Shown here: in pieces, positions 41,451-51,741 of the stretch
How positions within the stretch are numbered: position 1 is the stretch's first letter
Layout of the letters: each line of letters starts with the position of its first letter
Origin: a virus
Length of the DNA stretch: 59,488 nt
IMG/VR virus record: IMGVR_UViG_3300028398_000004
Location: 1-59,488 of that record
Reading direction: 5' to 3' (one strand)
Notes under the pieces: model-generated
Databases searched by the model: none
What the model saw: the letters and a program-made list of their open reading frames with translations, nothing else
What the model was told of the DNA's origin: nothing
Program-made: the position numbers and the translations under genes

Positions 41451-44400
41451 ATGATAGATAATCAAACTATATCTAATCAAGTTAAGCAATCTAAGCAATC
41501 ACAGAATAATTCTGCTCCTGATTGGACATCTATTGAACAACATCCTGATTTTCAAACACTTGATTTTGCGACTCAAAAGAAAGCACGAAATAAATATTTT
41601 GATTCTTTCATTGCTCCGAGAGATGATTTTAAATCATTAGATTCTGATACTCAAGCATTAGCAAGAACTAAGTGGAATGATTGGACTCCTCCTGCAACAA
41701 AAGATCAGAATAGTGGATTAGCTGGGGATCTTGTTACTTCAGTTGAGAAAGGTGTGCTTGATTTACCAGGAATGGTTACAGGATTAGCTGATATTGTTCC
41801 TGCACTAATAACTGGTTCACGACCTTTTGATAAAATTACTGATACGATTGGTGAAGCAACTGGATTTCAACCAAGTAAATGGTCTAAGGAGCTTAATAAA
41901 GATTATTCACAGAAACATAAGCAGCAGCAATATAAAATTAATCAAGCATGGCAAGATAAAAATAAAACTGGTTGGGATGTTGCAGCAGAATATGCTAAAA
42001 ATCCTGGGTATGTTTTAAATCAAATTGCTGAATCATTACCAAGTATGGCTGTAGGTGGATTTGCTGGACGTGGAGCTATGCTTGCTGGAAAAGCAATTCC
42101 TGCATTAGAAGGAGTTGCAACTAAAATAGCTCCTGAAGCAATTGGATATTTAGAAAGAAAATTTGGTAAGGAAGCTGCTGCAGCTATTGCAGGTGGACTT
42201 GGTGAAGGATTAGTTCAGACTGGTCAATTAATGGATCAAGCCACTGGACAAGATCAACGAAAGAATGCAGTTGCTGCTCTTATATCTGGAGCTGCTGACG
42301 CACTTATTGCTGGTGGTGCTGGTAAAATAGCACAATCAATAGGTCTTGAAACAGCTGATACCTTGATGGCAAAAGGTTTACAAAGTAATCTGAAAAAAGA
42401 ACTTTCTTTAGGTAAAAGAGTTATTGGACGCACAGGGAAAATAACTGCTGGTGCTGCATCTGAAGGAGTTTTACAAGAGTTTCCTCAAAGTGCGCAAGAA
42501 CAAATTTGGCAAAACTATGCTGATGGAAAACCTTTGTTTGAAGGCGTCTCAAGAGCATCTATCGAAGGTGCTTTAGCAGGAATGTTTATAGGAGCTGGTG
42601 CAAATGCAATTAGCAATACATCTACAACGCCTGATACGAATACTTATGAAGGACAACTACAAAACCATGTAGATAATATTAAATCAAATGGAATTGATAA
42701 AATTCCTACCTCAATTGAAGCACTCACACAGAAGATAAATCAGAATAATCAAATGATGCAAGATCAAGAAACTCTTGATGCACTTGCAACAGAATCTGGC
42801 TATAAACCAGAAGAACTTCAATCATATCTTAAAGCTGAAAATAAATTTAATCAAGATTTAATAACGAAACTTCAGGAAGAGTTAGATAAGTCATCTGAAG
42901 AACAAGTATCTAAAAATACCACAGTTCAGCAAGCTTCAATTGATGAAGTTATAAATCAGCAACAAATAACTAATGCAGTACAACAAGCAAATCAAGAACA
43001 GCAAAAACAAGATCTAGATAATCGTATTAAGGCATTACGAAAAGCATATCTTAAAATGCCTGCATCTAATGAAAAAGAATCACTTGGAAATACAATTCTT
43101 AATCTTGTTAATGCACGAAAAGCATTAGATGAACAAACGATTCAAGAAGATCAATCATTTAAAACTACATTTCAACCAAGTAATGAACAAACTTCTTATA
43201 CTGATATATTAAAACAAAATAAAAATCCACAAGAACTAGCTCGTTCATTAAACTTATTAAATGAAGCTCCTGATGATCAAACAACTAACGAAGAAAAACA
43301 AGCCTTTTATGAGAAGTTGTTTAGTGCAATTCCTATTAATAAGGATGCAGCTGAGTCTGCAACAGTTATGCAGGAAAATCTTCCTCCAGAAATTTTAACT
43401 CAAAAAGGAACACCATACAAAAATCGTACAATATTAGAGAAACGTATATCATTGCTTGATAATGCAAATGATTATATAATTGTAGATACTCCTGAAGGAT
43501 TTATTGGAATTAAAAAGACATCAGTTACTGAAGACTCACTTGCGAATGATTCGCAAAGTTCGTTCAAAAATGAACAACAAATTCCAACAGCTTCGCAAGT
43601 TAATGAGCCTGTTCAAGTTATGTCTCCTATGGAGTTACAAGATAAACTTAATGCTAATCAACAACAACTTAATACTATTGTAGAGCAGCTTAAAACAACT
43701 ACTGATCCAGTTGAACAGCGAGCTTTACAAGAAGAAGGTGCATTACTGTATGAACAAAATACAGCGTTACAGACACAATTTGATAAACAAAATCAATCTA
43801 TTCAAAAACAACTGAATCAACCTATAACACTTGCAGAAGCAACTGCTGAGACAGCAAATATCGAACCGCAGTTTCAGACAACTGAGCAATTAAAAACTGC
43901 TCAGTTTAATTTTGTTAAAGATAATCATGGTAATGATCTTATAGGTTATCATGGAACAGCATCAGAACCCTTTGCTTCTTTTGATAATTCAAAAACACAA
44001 TCTTTTGAACATGGTTGGTCAGGTGATGGACATTATTTTACATTAAATAAAGATTATGCAAAAGGATATGCTGATATAGCAAATAATATTACTGGTAAAC
44101 CTGGTCGTATTATTGAGGCAAGATTTACTTTTAAAAATCCTTTATATAAAAATTCTCTTGAATATAAACAAATACTTAAAAATGCTATTGGGAAAATAAG
44201 TATTCTAACTAAAGAAGATGGTGTCAAAGCTACTAATGCCTTTAAACTTGCTGGTTATGATGCAGTTATTGATGGTCCTTCTCTAGATAAAGCATTTGAA
44301 ATTAATGTTTTTGATTCAAAAGATATTCATTATGCTCCTGGACAAAATCAATTCCAAACAACTGAACAGTCAAAAGTTAATCAAATTAATTTAGATAATA

Positions 44401-47400
44401 TTGAAAAAATATTTCCTGGGCAAGAAATTATTCAAGATACTAATAGAACGATTAACGTTCGATTTAAGAATGGTAAAGGATTAACAATTAAAAGCATTCA
44501 AGATGTTGGAGATGGCTTTATTCAGTTAGCTATTGAAACTGGACAAATGTCAAAGAATGGTAAAATTCTTGGTATTACTCAAGGAAATAATATATTATTA
44601 AATGAAAACTTTGCAGATGATAGAACATTATGGCATGAAAATAAACATGTTCTTGATAATCTTGGAATTATTACAAAAGAAGATAATGCAGCATTAAATA
44701 AAGAATTTAATAAACTTCGTCGTGTTGGTAAGCTTGAATTTGCTCTTAGTACTCATGAAGATCCTATCAAGCGAATGGAAGAAAATCGGGCTAATATGTT
44801 TGCTCAAATTATGGCAAACCGAGAAGCATATCGAAACACTATATTTGGTAAAGTAATTCAGCGTGTGATGGACTTCTTTCAACGATTACTTGCATTTGGA
44901 AAACAAACTATTGCAGGATTAGCTCGTGAAGTTGAGACAGGAAAAATCTATGAGCGTAAAGTTAATGGACAAACTGTTCAAACTACTGTACCACAATCGG
45001 AAGTAATGGCTGAAAAGTGGTATTCAGCTGTAGAGAATGCAGTGAAAGGTTTTCAGCAAAAACAAGCTTTGCCTGAGCAATGGAAAGGAATGATTAAAAA
45101 TATTCCTGGAGTTAAACAAACAGAACTTGATTGGATTGGTCTAGATGATTGGCTTGATAAACAAAAAGGTAAAGTTACTAAAGATGCTTTATTGAAGTTT
45201 ATTCAAGATAATAATGTTCAACTTGAAGAAGTTGTTAAGGAACAAAATTTTCTTACTGAGAAGGAATTAGATAATCTTTATATTGAATTAGTGCATAAAA
45301 ATGGTTATGATAATTCACAAGATATGCCAGAAGAAATAAAACAAAAAGTTACTAAAGAATATAATATTTTATTAGATCAATATGGAAGAAATCGTACACG
45401 TTTTAATGATGCTGATTATGTATTACCTAATGGAAAAAATTATAAAGAACTTTTAATTACATTAGAAAATAATTCAAATAGTAATTATCAATCTGATCAT
45501 TTTGACGAACCCAATATTTTAGCTCATGTAAGATTTAATGAACGTACTGATGCTGATGGAAATAAAGTTTTATTTATTGAAGAAATTCAAAGTGATTGGC
45601 ATCAAGAAGGACGTAAACTAGGTTATCAAAAATATCCTACTTTTAATGTAATTAAAAAATATGCTAAACAACGAGGCATTAGAATTGATACTCCGCCTTA
45701 TAAAGATTTATCTGCAAAAGTATTAAGACAATTACGTCAAGCTGCTGATAAAGAAGGAGAAAGTGCTTTATTAGAAGATGTATTAGATCAACATACTAAA
45801 GAAATAGATTCTTTAGAATATGGAGAGAAAGTTCCTAATGCACCAATGAAAAAAACTTGGCCATTACTTGCAATGAAGCGAATGGTTCGATATGCAGCAG
45901 AGAATGGTTTTGATAAAATTGCATGGACAACTGGAAAACAACAAGGAGCTCGTTATGGAAGTCCAGGTTTTAAATGGCTAAAACACCCTGATGGGTCTAT
46001 TGAAGTAGCTGCTAATCCTCAAATTAATGATCTTAATGCAGATGCTTGGAATAATTATAGTTTTATTGAAACAACTATAAAAACAATACAAAATAAACAA
46101 GAACTTTATGATTATATTGAAAAAACACTTGATGCTCAGATAGGAGAATATAGTCCAGAAAATTGGAAAAAATATATAACTGAGCAAACTAACAAATTAT
46201 GGAAACAAATACATGATTCTTTTGAGGGAATTTATTATCCTCGTTTAGAAGGTATGAAAGGATTTTATAATAAGGCCTTACCTCAAATACTTAATAAAGA
46301 GTTTAATAAAGGTAAATGGGGAAAAGCAAAAGTTGAGATTATTGATTTACCTGATATTGGTCAGCAATTAGCTTTACCAATTACTAAACGAATGAAAAAG
46401 AAAGCTCTTCGTGAAGGCATGCCACAATTTAAAGCACGAGAACTTTCAGTACCTGAACAAGCTCTTGGAGGATTATTAAATAAAAAGACTGATACAAATA
46501 CTCCTGAATTTAAGAAATGGTTTAATGGTTCAATAGCAGTTAAGCCTGATGGTTCTCCGATTGAATTTTATCATGGGACGAATGAAGTATTTGATACATT
46601 TGATCCAAATAAAGAATCAAAAACAACTCATACTACATCTACATTAGGACATTTTTTTACTACTGATAAGAAAACTGCTTCTGCATATGGACAGCATGTG
46701 TTACCAGTTTATTTACATATTCAGAATCCATATAAAATGTCTTTTCAAGAAGCAACTTCCTTGAAAACTCTTGAAGAATCAAAACAACGTCAACAAGAAC
46801 TTATTAATGAAGGATATGATTCTATAATAATGGAAACAGGAACAAATCCTTATGTTATTGTTTTTGATTCAAGCCAAGTAAAATCAGTTTATAATCAAGG
46901 CAATTGGAAAGCTGCTGATAATATTTATTTTGAAACTAGAGAACAAACAGAACCTAAGCAAAAGATTTCTGATGCGGAATATAACGAGCTTTTTAAACAG
47001 AAAGCAAATCTTATTCAAAAGTTTATTCAAACAGCAAAAATTCATGCACGCGATTTAAAGCATTTAACTGATCGTTTGACTGGCTCGATTTCAACTCGTT
47101 TAGCAAATGCTAATCCAATGTTACGTGATAAAGTTCGACGATTAGATTTTGATACATCGCAAAGAATTATTAAAATATTGCATACGGCTAAACCATTGCT
47201 TGATAGTCTTAGTAAAATGTTTCCAGAAGATAAACATGCTTGGAACATTGCAAGAATACAAGGTGATACAGCTAAAATAAATCAAATTGCTGAGCGATAT
47301 GGCTTACAGGAACATCAAGAAAAACTTAGGGAAGAGTTGAATCAAATTCGTCAAGATGCTCGAGATGTTGGTTATGATGTTGGTTTCATTGATGAGTATT

Positions 47401-49322
47401 GGCCACGAATAATCAAAGATACCGAAGGTTTCTTGAAAGCAACTCAAGAAATATCTCAACACCCTGAATTTACTGATGCACTAAAAGAAAAAGCTAAACA
47501 AATGGGAATTTCATTTGAACAGCTTAATAGTGAGTTCCCTGAAATTCGTGCTGATGTTATTAGTAATATGATTTTAGGTAAGCATCCTGGAATTGGTGGT
47601 CCTGGAAATATTAAAAGTCGTGTATATGATACTGTACCAAAAGAACTTTTACCATATTATATGAATTCTGATGCAGCGCTGATGCGATATATTTATTCAA
47701 TGTCAAAAAAGATTGAAGCTCGAAAATTCTTTGGAAAGATTCCACAAAAAGTTCAGTTACATAAACTTGCAATAGCTAAAGCAAAAGCAGAGTTATTACA
47801 AATAGGTAATCTCAAAGGGCAAGAGAAACGTAAAAATGAACTTAATGATCTAATTAAACTTCACGAAGAAAAATTAAATCAATATAAAGAACAACGAGAT
47901 TATACTGAAAATATTGGTGCTTATGTTGATGAATTAATGCTTACAGGTAAATTACATAAGAAAGATGAACATATTGTTCGTCAAATACTTAATGCAAGAT
48001 TTAATGAGCATGGAACAACAGGTATTGTAAATGCTTATAAAAATATGGCCTATATTGATGTTATGGGTAGTGTTACATCTGCAATGACACAAATAGCCGA
48101 TACTGTTTGGGCAGCTTATGTAGGTAAGGTATGGACACCTAAAGGATTCTTACGTACTGCTCAAAATATTGCTCGTGCAATTATAGGTAAATCTAAAATG
48201 ACTAAAGAAGAATTAGGCATTGAAAGAATTGCACAAGAATTTGCAGATGGTACAACTTTAGGCAAAGCGGTAAGTAAAGTATTTTGGGCAGTTGGATTAA
48301 CTAAACTTGATTCTATTGGAAAAGAAGCATTATTAAATAATGTTTTAATGAACTATCAAGATCAAGTTAAAACCCAATCAGGAATAGAAGCTCTTAAAAA
48401 GAAAATTCGTCCTACTTTTGGTCGTGAAACTGATCAAGTAATTAAAGATTTAATCTCAGGAGAACATTCTGATAATGTTAAAATGTTAGTTTATTCACGA
48501 GTATTAGATTTTCAACCAGTTGCCTTATCTGAAATGCCAGAGTTTTACCTGAATGGAGGCAATCGACGAGTATTTTATATGTTGAAAACATTTACTTTAA
48601 AGCAAATGGATGTATTTCGTAATGAAGTATTTCATGAACTTGCAAGTAAAGATCCTAAACGAGTTGCACAAGGTATAAAAAATATGGTTGCCTTAACCTC
48701 ATTACTTGTATTAGCTAATGCAGGAGTTGATGAATTAAAAGATTATGTACTTGGAAAAGAAACAAGATTCAAAGATAATGTTATTGAGAATTTTATGTCT
48801 TTAGGTGGAGCATCACGTTATATGCGGATGCAAGTAACAAGGAAAGGAATTTTCTCTGCTGGTATGCAACAAATATTACCACCATTTAAATTCTTTGATG
48901 CAGTTGGATCAGACATCCATGAGAAGATTGTCACAGGTGATATTGCTAAAGGTTTAAGATCAGTTGATTCAATACCTTTATTTGGTAAGCTTTGGTATTG
49001 GCATTATGGTCGTGGATCACAATTAAAAAGAACATTGAATGAACAGGATTTTTCTAAAGTAGGGAAAAAAGTTAGAAAATTTCAAAAGCAGCTTGATAAA
49101 GCAATAAATAAAAGATTATTCTTACAAACACATCCAACTGAATTTAAACAAATGATGCTTTATAAGAATATAAGTAAGTCATTAAATAAAAATAAAAAAA
49201 TGATTAACTCATTAAAGAAACTAAAGCAAACTCCGTTGATATTGAAACGTATCGGGCAATTAGAAAAACAACAAAAGTTAATCTATGCCCGATACTTTGA
49301 AATGGCTAAAAAGATTCAATAA
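41451..49322 (+). CDS. giant polyvalent-type virion protein (2623 aa)
   Basis: Uninterrupted ORF, last gene of the structural arm. Gly/Ala-rich hydrophobic N-terminal region. Two ART-like modules, an HExxH module and a long helical C-terminal region. Confidence 0.85.
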   Translation: MIDNQTISNQVKQSKQSQNNSAPDWTSIEQHPDFQTLDFATQKKARNKYFDSFIAPRDDFKSLDSDTQALARTKWNDWTPPATKDQNSGLAGDLVTSVEKGVLDLPGMVTGLADIVPALITGSRPFDKITDTIGEATGFQPSKWSKELNKDYSQKHKQQQYKINQAWQDKNKTGWDVAAEYAKNPGYVLNQIAESLPSMAVGGFAGRGAMLAGKAIPALEGVATKIAPEAIGYLERKFGKEAAAAIAGGLGEGLVQTGQLMDQATGQDQRKNAVAALISGAADALIAGGAGKIAQSIGLETADTLMAKGLQSNLKKELSLGKRVIGRTGKITAGAASEGVLQEFPQSAQEQIWQNYADGKPLFEGVSRASIEGALAGMFIGAGANAISNTSTTPDTNTYEGQLQNHVDNIKSNGIDKIPTSIEALTQKINQNNQMMQDQETLDALATESGYKPEELQSYLKAENKFNQDLITKLQEELDKSSEEQVSKNTTVQQASIDEVINQQQITNAVQQANQEQQKQDLDNRIKALRKAYLKMPASNEKESLGNTILNLVNARKALDEQTIQEDQSFKTTFQPSNEQTSYTDILKQNKNPQELARSLNLLNEAPDDQTTNEEKQAFYEKLFSAIPINKDAAESATVMQENLPPEILTQKGTPYKNRTILEKRISLLDNANDYIIVDTPEGFIGIKKTSVTEDSLANDSQSSFKNEQQIPTASQVNEPVQVMSPMELQDKLNANQQQLNTIVEQLKTTTDPVEQRALQEEGALLYEQNTALQTQFDKQNQSIQKQLNQPITLAEATAETANIEPQFQTTEQLKTAQFNFVKDNHGNDLIGYHGTASEPFASFDNSKTQSFEHGWSGDGHYFTLNKDYAKGYADIANNITGKPGRIIEARFTFKNPLYKNSLEYKQILKNAIGKISILTKEDGVKATNAFKLAGYDAVIDGPSLDKAFEINVFDSKDIHYAPGQNQFQTTEQSKVNQINLDNIEKIFPGQEIIQDTNRTINVRFKNGKGLTIKSIQDVGDGFIQLAIETGQMSKNGKILGITQGNNILLNENFADDRTLWHENKHVLDNLGIITKEDNAALNKEFNKLRRVGKLEFALSTHEDPIKRMEENRANMFAQIMANREAYRNTIFGKVIQRVMDFFQRLLAFGKQTIAGLAREVETGKIYERKVNGQTVQTTVPQSEVMAEKWYSAVENAVKGFQQKQALPEQWKGMIKNIPGVKQTELDWIGLDDWLDKQKGKVTKDALLKFIQDNNVQLEEVVKEQNFLTEKELDNLYIELVHKNGYDNSQDMPEEIKQKVTKEYNILLDQYGRNRTRFNDADYVLPNGKNYKELLITLENNSNSNYQSDHFDEPNILAHVRFNERTDADGNKVLFIEEIQSDWHQEGRKLGYQKYPTFNVIKKYAKQRGIRIDTPPYKDLSAKVLRQLRQAADKEGESALLEDVLDQHTKEIDSLEYGEKVPNAPMKKTWPLLAMKRMVRYAAENGFDKIAWTTGKQQGARYGSPGFKWLKHPDGSIEVAANPQINDLNADAWNNYSFIETTIKTIQNKQELYDYIEKTLDAQIGEYSPENWKKYITEQTNKLWKQIHDSFEGIYYPRLEGMKGFYNKALPQILNKEFNKGKWGKAKVEIIDLPDIGQQLALPITKRMKKKALREGMPQFKARELSVPEQALGGLLNKKTDTNTPEFKKWFNGSIAVKPDGSPIEFYHGTNEVFDTFDPNKESKTTHTTSTLGHFFTTDKKTASAYGQHVLPVYLHIQNPYKMSFQEATSLKTLEESKQRQQELINEGYDSIIMETGTNPYVIVFDSSQVKSVYNQGNWKAADNIYFETREQTEPKQKISDAEYNELFKQKANLIQKFIQTAKIHARDLKHLTDRLTGSISTRLANANPMLRDKVRRLDFDTSQRIIKILHTAKPLLDSLSKMFPEDKHAWNIARIQGDTAKINQIAERYGLQEHQEKLREELNQIRQDARDVGYDVGFIDEYWPRIIKDTEGFLKATQEISQHPEFTDALKEKAKQMGISFEQLNSEFPEIRADVISNMILGKHPGIGGPGNIKSRVYDTVPKELLPYYMNSDAALMRYIYSMSKKIEARKFFGKIPQKVQLHKLAIAKAKAELLQIGNLKGQEKRKNELNDLIKLHEEKLNQYKEQRDYTENIGAYVDELMLTGKLHKKDEHIVRQILNARFNEHGTTGIVNAYKNMAYIDVMGSVTSAMTQIADTVWAAYVGKVWTPKGFLRTAQNIARAIIGKSKMTKEELGIERIAQEFADGTTLGKAVSKVFWAVGLTKLDSIGKEALLNNVLMNYQDQVKTQSGIEALKKKIRPTFGRETDQVIKDLISGEHSDNVKMLVYSRVLDFQPVALSEMPEFYLNGGNRRVFYMLKTFTLKQMDVFRNEVFHELASKDPKRVAQGIKNMVALTSLLVLANAGVDELKDYVLGKETRFKDNVIENFMSLGGASRYMRMQVTRKGIFSAGMQQILPPFKFFDAVGSDIHEKIVTGDIAKGLRSVDSIPLFGKLWYWHYGRGSQLKRTLNEQDFSKVGKKVRKFQKQLDKAINKRLFLQTHPTEFKQMMLYKNISKSLNKNKKMINSLKKLKQTPLILKRIGQLEKQQKLIYARYFEMAKKIQ
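43900..44340 (+). other. ART-like module 1 inside the giant protein
   Basis: ..LIGYHGTASEPFASFD..SGDGHYFTLNKDYAKGYA..IIEARFTFKNPLY..AGYDAVID..AFEINVFDSKDI. His codon at 43950. Confidence 0.5.
44634..44648 (+). other. HExxH (HENKH) zinc-metallopeptidase-like motif inside the giant protein
   Basis: The codons cat gaa aat aaa cat were read in frame. Context is RTLWHENKHVLDNLG. Confidence 0.45.
46505..46890 (+). other. ART-like module 2 inside the giant protein
   Basis: EFKKWFNGSIAVKPDGSPIEFYHGTNEVFDTFD..TLGHFFTTDKKTASAYG..VLPVYLHIQNPY..EGYDSIIMETGTNPYVIVFDSSQV. His codon at 46572. Confidence 0.55.
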
Positions 49323-49333
49323 TTAAAACAATC

Positions 49334-49358
49334 AAAAATATAATAATCTTATATTTTT
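49334..49358. terminator. AT-only 10-bp hairpin at the convergence point of the two arms (possible bidirectional terminator)
   Basis: AAAAATATAA-taatc-TTATATTTTT, between stop 49322 (plus strand) and stop 49369 (minus strand). Confidence 0.4.
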
Positions 49359-49368
49359 ACTTGTTTTA

Positions 49369-49974
49369 TTATAAATCACCAAAAACATTTGGAGCATACA
49401 TTAATAATGTATCATGAATCTCATGAGCTATTGGCCTAATTTGTGGATGGGCGACTTTTGCTCCTCGTAAAGAGATAAAATGCCGCCACTCACGAAAATT
49501 AGCTTTCATTATAATTTCTGTTTTCAAACAATTAGGTAATACTGATCGAGCAATCTGAGGGGTACAATTAGAATCAAGTAGGTTAAAATAACTTTGTTCT
49601 GCTACCAAACAAGCTTCTCTCCAAATGATTTTTTGTTCTGCATTTAAATTTGGAGGCATAATAAATGTACATTCATTATTGAATTTAGCAGAAGAATAAT
49701 TGCAATACCTGGTAGATTCTTGAGCATAACTTGCAAGTCGATGTCGCACAATTTCATGAGAAATTCCACGATCAGTAACAACACGAAATGATGCTTCAGC
49801 ATGCTCAATCATTGCATGATGCCCTAAATTAACTAATCTTCTAATAAATTTACCTGCTGATTCAGATGTTATTTTATCTTCACTTTTATAACAAGTTCTG
49901 CCAGCTCTTTCAATTTGTATTTCTGGATCTTTAGTAATCCATAATAATTGTACTGATGGTTTAACAATTTTCAT
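49369..49974 (-). CDS. thyX: flavin-dependent thymidylate synthase
   Basis: 201 aa. ThyX signature RHRLASYAQESTRY (RHR..S..ES.R). Confidence 0.9.
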   Translation of the reverse strand: MKIVKPSVQLLWITKDPEIQIERAGRTCYKSEDKITSESAGKFIRRLVNLGHHAMIEHAEASFRVVTDRGISHEIVRHRLASYAQESTRYCNYSSAKFNNECTFIMPPNLNAEQKIIWREACLVAEQSYFNLLDSNCTPQIARSVLPNCLKTEIIMKANFREWRHFISLRGAKVAHPQIRPIAHEIHDTLLMYAPNVFGDL

Positions 49975-50170
49975 TTTGTTGCTCCTTTATTAAGGTTTTT
50001 AATTGATATAACTTATTAATATTATGATCTAATTTTTGTATATCATAAGTAATTTGAGTTAAGCATTCATTATATAATTGCTTATGTAAAAATTCACGCA
50101 ATAAATTAAAATCAATTTTAGGAATAAATTCATCGAAATATTCTTTAGGAGTAAGTTTATCATGAGGCAT
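49961..50170 (-). CDS. hypothetical protein (69 aa)
   Basis: Track ORF trimmed to the Met at 50170, which has GGAG 7 nt upstream. Confidence 0.55.
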   Translation of the reverse strand: MPHDKLTPKEYFDEFIPKIDFNLLREFLHKQLYNECLTQITYDIQKLDHNINKLYQLKTLIKEQQNENC

Positions 50171-50501
50171 TCTTATTCTCCTTTTTAAATAAATATCTGA
50201 TTTTAACTGGAATACCTGATGCTTTTGCTTTATCAATACCATATTGCATACCTTTTGATATACCAAAATCAGCATATACTACTGTAGCTTCTGCAACTGA
50301 TCGCCATGCAAGTCCTGCATCAATTCCCATTTGACGTTCTTCAGAAATATTATCATCTAATATATTTGGTTGAGTATATAAAAGATGACTTGCAATAGGA
50401 GCTTCTCCATGAAGTAAACTATCACGAACGCATTTTCTTGCATATTGAATGTTTCGTGGAATAAATCCAGCGTAAGGACTTTCAAGAATAACTCTTTTCA
50501 T
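50160..50501 (-). CDS. nucleoside 2-deoxyribosyltransferase-fold-like protein (DUF4406-like, tentative)
   Basis: 113 aa. ILESPYAG..GEAPIASHLLYTQ..ERQMGIDAGLAW..VVYADFGISKGMQYGI. The assignment is from memory of the ESP(Y/F)AG phage family. Confidence 0.4.
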   Translation of the reverse strand: MKRVILESPYAGFIPRNIQYARKCVRDSLLHGEAPIASHLLYTQPNILDDNISEERQMGIDAGLAWRSVAEATVVYADFGISKGMQYGIDKAKASGIPVKIRYLFKKENKNAS

Positions 50502-51487
50502 TTGTTTGCTCCTTTAGTAATTTTAATCGGACAAGGTTTTTCGAGATTCTGTTTGGCTAATTCTAAACAATATTGATTATATTGTGCCATAACAACAGGA
50601 AAATCTTGTAACCAAGCTAGAAAATATTTAGTATCTCGATGAGCGCAATGTCCATGATGACACTTAAAACCTAATCGACCATAAGAATTTATTATTAAAA
50701 AAGTTCCTGTATCTTCTTGACTTGTATGATTATATTGCCAAGGACAGCTAATCATATATTTACTTTGCTCAAGTTGTTCTTTGCACGTTATAATTGTCCA
50801 TATAGGATGATTTGTATGATCTGTTATAAAAGATATTTCTTTATTTTGTATATGCAATTTAATTTTAGCTAATGATATTTCAAATGATTTTGCAAATAAA
50901 TCAATATTAATTTTTGTTTCTGGTTGCCATAAAATCATTCGGCATTTAAAAATTTCTCCATTATTAAGAGCAACTTTCTTTGCTTTTGTATTGTATCCTT
51001 CAGGTAATCTTACATATCGAGTAACTCCAAGCATTCCACTATCAATTCCATCAGGACATATTTTAGCTACTATACCTTGCAGTAGTGATTCAACTTTTTG
51101 ACGATTATAGCAAGGCTCATCAAGAATATATCCCCACTGTTGACTTCCAGGCGAAGTTTCTAAAATCCAACTTGGTGCAGGCTTATCAAATAAAAGACTT
51201 GGATTTATTTTTTCTCCTACATCATCAATAACTATACAATAAGTAGCTTTAAATAATTCTTTTCGTCGGCGAGCTTGACCATCACTTGTAGGCTCAAACA
51301 AACTAATTGTAAAGTATTGATTTGCATATTTATGAAGAGTATAATTAATGTAATGATTACCTAACCAAGCTTTTCTACTTATATCAGTAAATTCGCACCC
51401 AGGATCATGAAAAAAATCAGTGACATGTGCCCAGATAAAATCACTTCCAAAGATAGCTTGTAAAAACTCTTGATTAGATATATTCAT
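50498..51487 (-). CDS. AEP-type DNA primase/primase-polymerase candidate with a C-terminal zinc motif
   Basis: 329 aa. Acidic motif YCIVIDDVG. ILETSPGSQQWGY (RepB-prime-like SPG..Q.W). C-terminal CPW..H...FKCHHGHCAH. Confidence 0.5.
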   Translation of the reverse strand: MNISNQEFLQAIFGSDFIWAHVTDFFHDPGCEFTDISRKAWLGNHYINYTLHKYANQYFTISLFEPTSDGQARRRKELFKATYCIVIDDVGEKINPSLLFDKPAPSWILETSPGSQQWGYILDEPCYNRQKVESLLQGIVAKICPDGIDSGMLGVTRYVRLPEGYNTKAKKVALNNGEIFKCRMILWQPETKINIDLFAKSFEISLAKIKLHIQNKEISFITDHTNHPIWTIITCKEQLEQSKYMISCPWQYNHTSQEDTGTFLIINSYGRLGFKCHHGHCAHRDTKYFLAWLQDFPVVMAQYNQYCLELAKQNLEKPCPIKITKGANK

Positions 51488-51505
51488 TACATTAACTAAA
51501 AAGTT

Positions 51506-51522
51506 ATGTTCAAAAATGAACG
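51506..51522. promoter_or_regulatory. 17-nt palindrome copy, one mismatch (minus strand CGTTCATTTTTGAACAT)
   Basis: atgttcaaaaatgaacg, 15 nt downstream of the stop of ORF 51537..51716. Confidence 0.55.
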
Positions 51523-51536
51523 TTCAGTTATAAGGC

Positions 51537-51716
51537 TTAAACTTCAAGTAATTCCACGAGTTGTTCAAGTTCTTTTGCACAAGTTAAAATACCTTGATTA
51601 ATTCCATCAAGTTTAACATTATGTAACTTAGCTTCTTCTGAACCATTACGCTTATCATCAAGAGCTACTATTTTACGCCATTTTTCAGTTAATGCTAAAA
51701 GCATTTCTTTTTTCAT
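51537..51716 (-). CDS. small helical protein (59 aa, below track cutoff)
   Basis: AAGGAG RBS. MKKEMLLALTEKWRKIVALDDKRNGSEEAKLHNVKLDGINQGILTCAKELEQLVELLEV. Confidence 0.6.
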   Translation of the reverse strand: MKKEMLLALTEKWRKIVALDDKRNGSEEAKLHNVKLDGINQGILTCAKELEQLVELLEV

Positions 51717-51741
51717 TATAAAATCTCCTTAAATAATTAAA

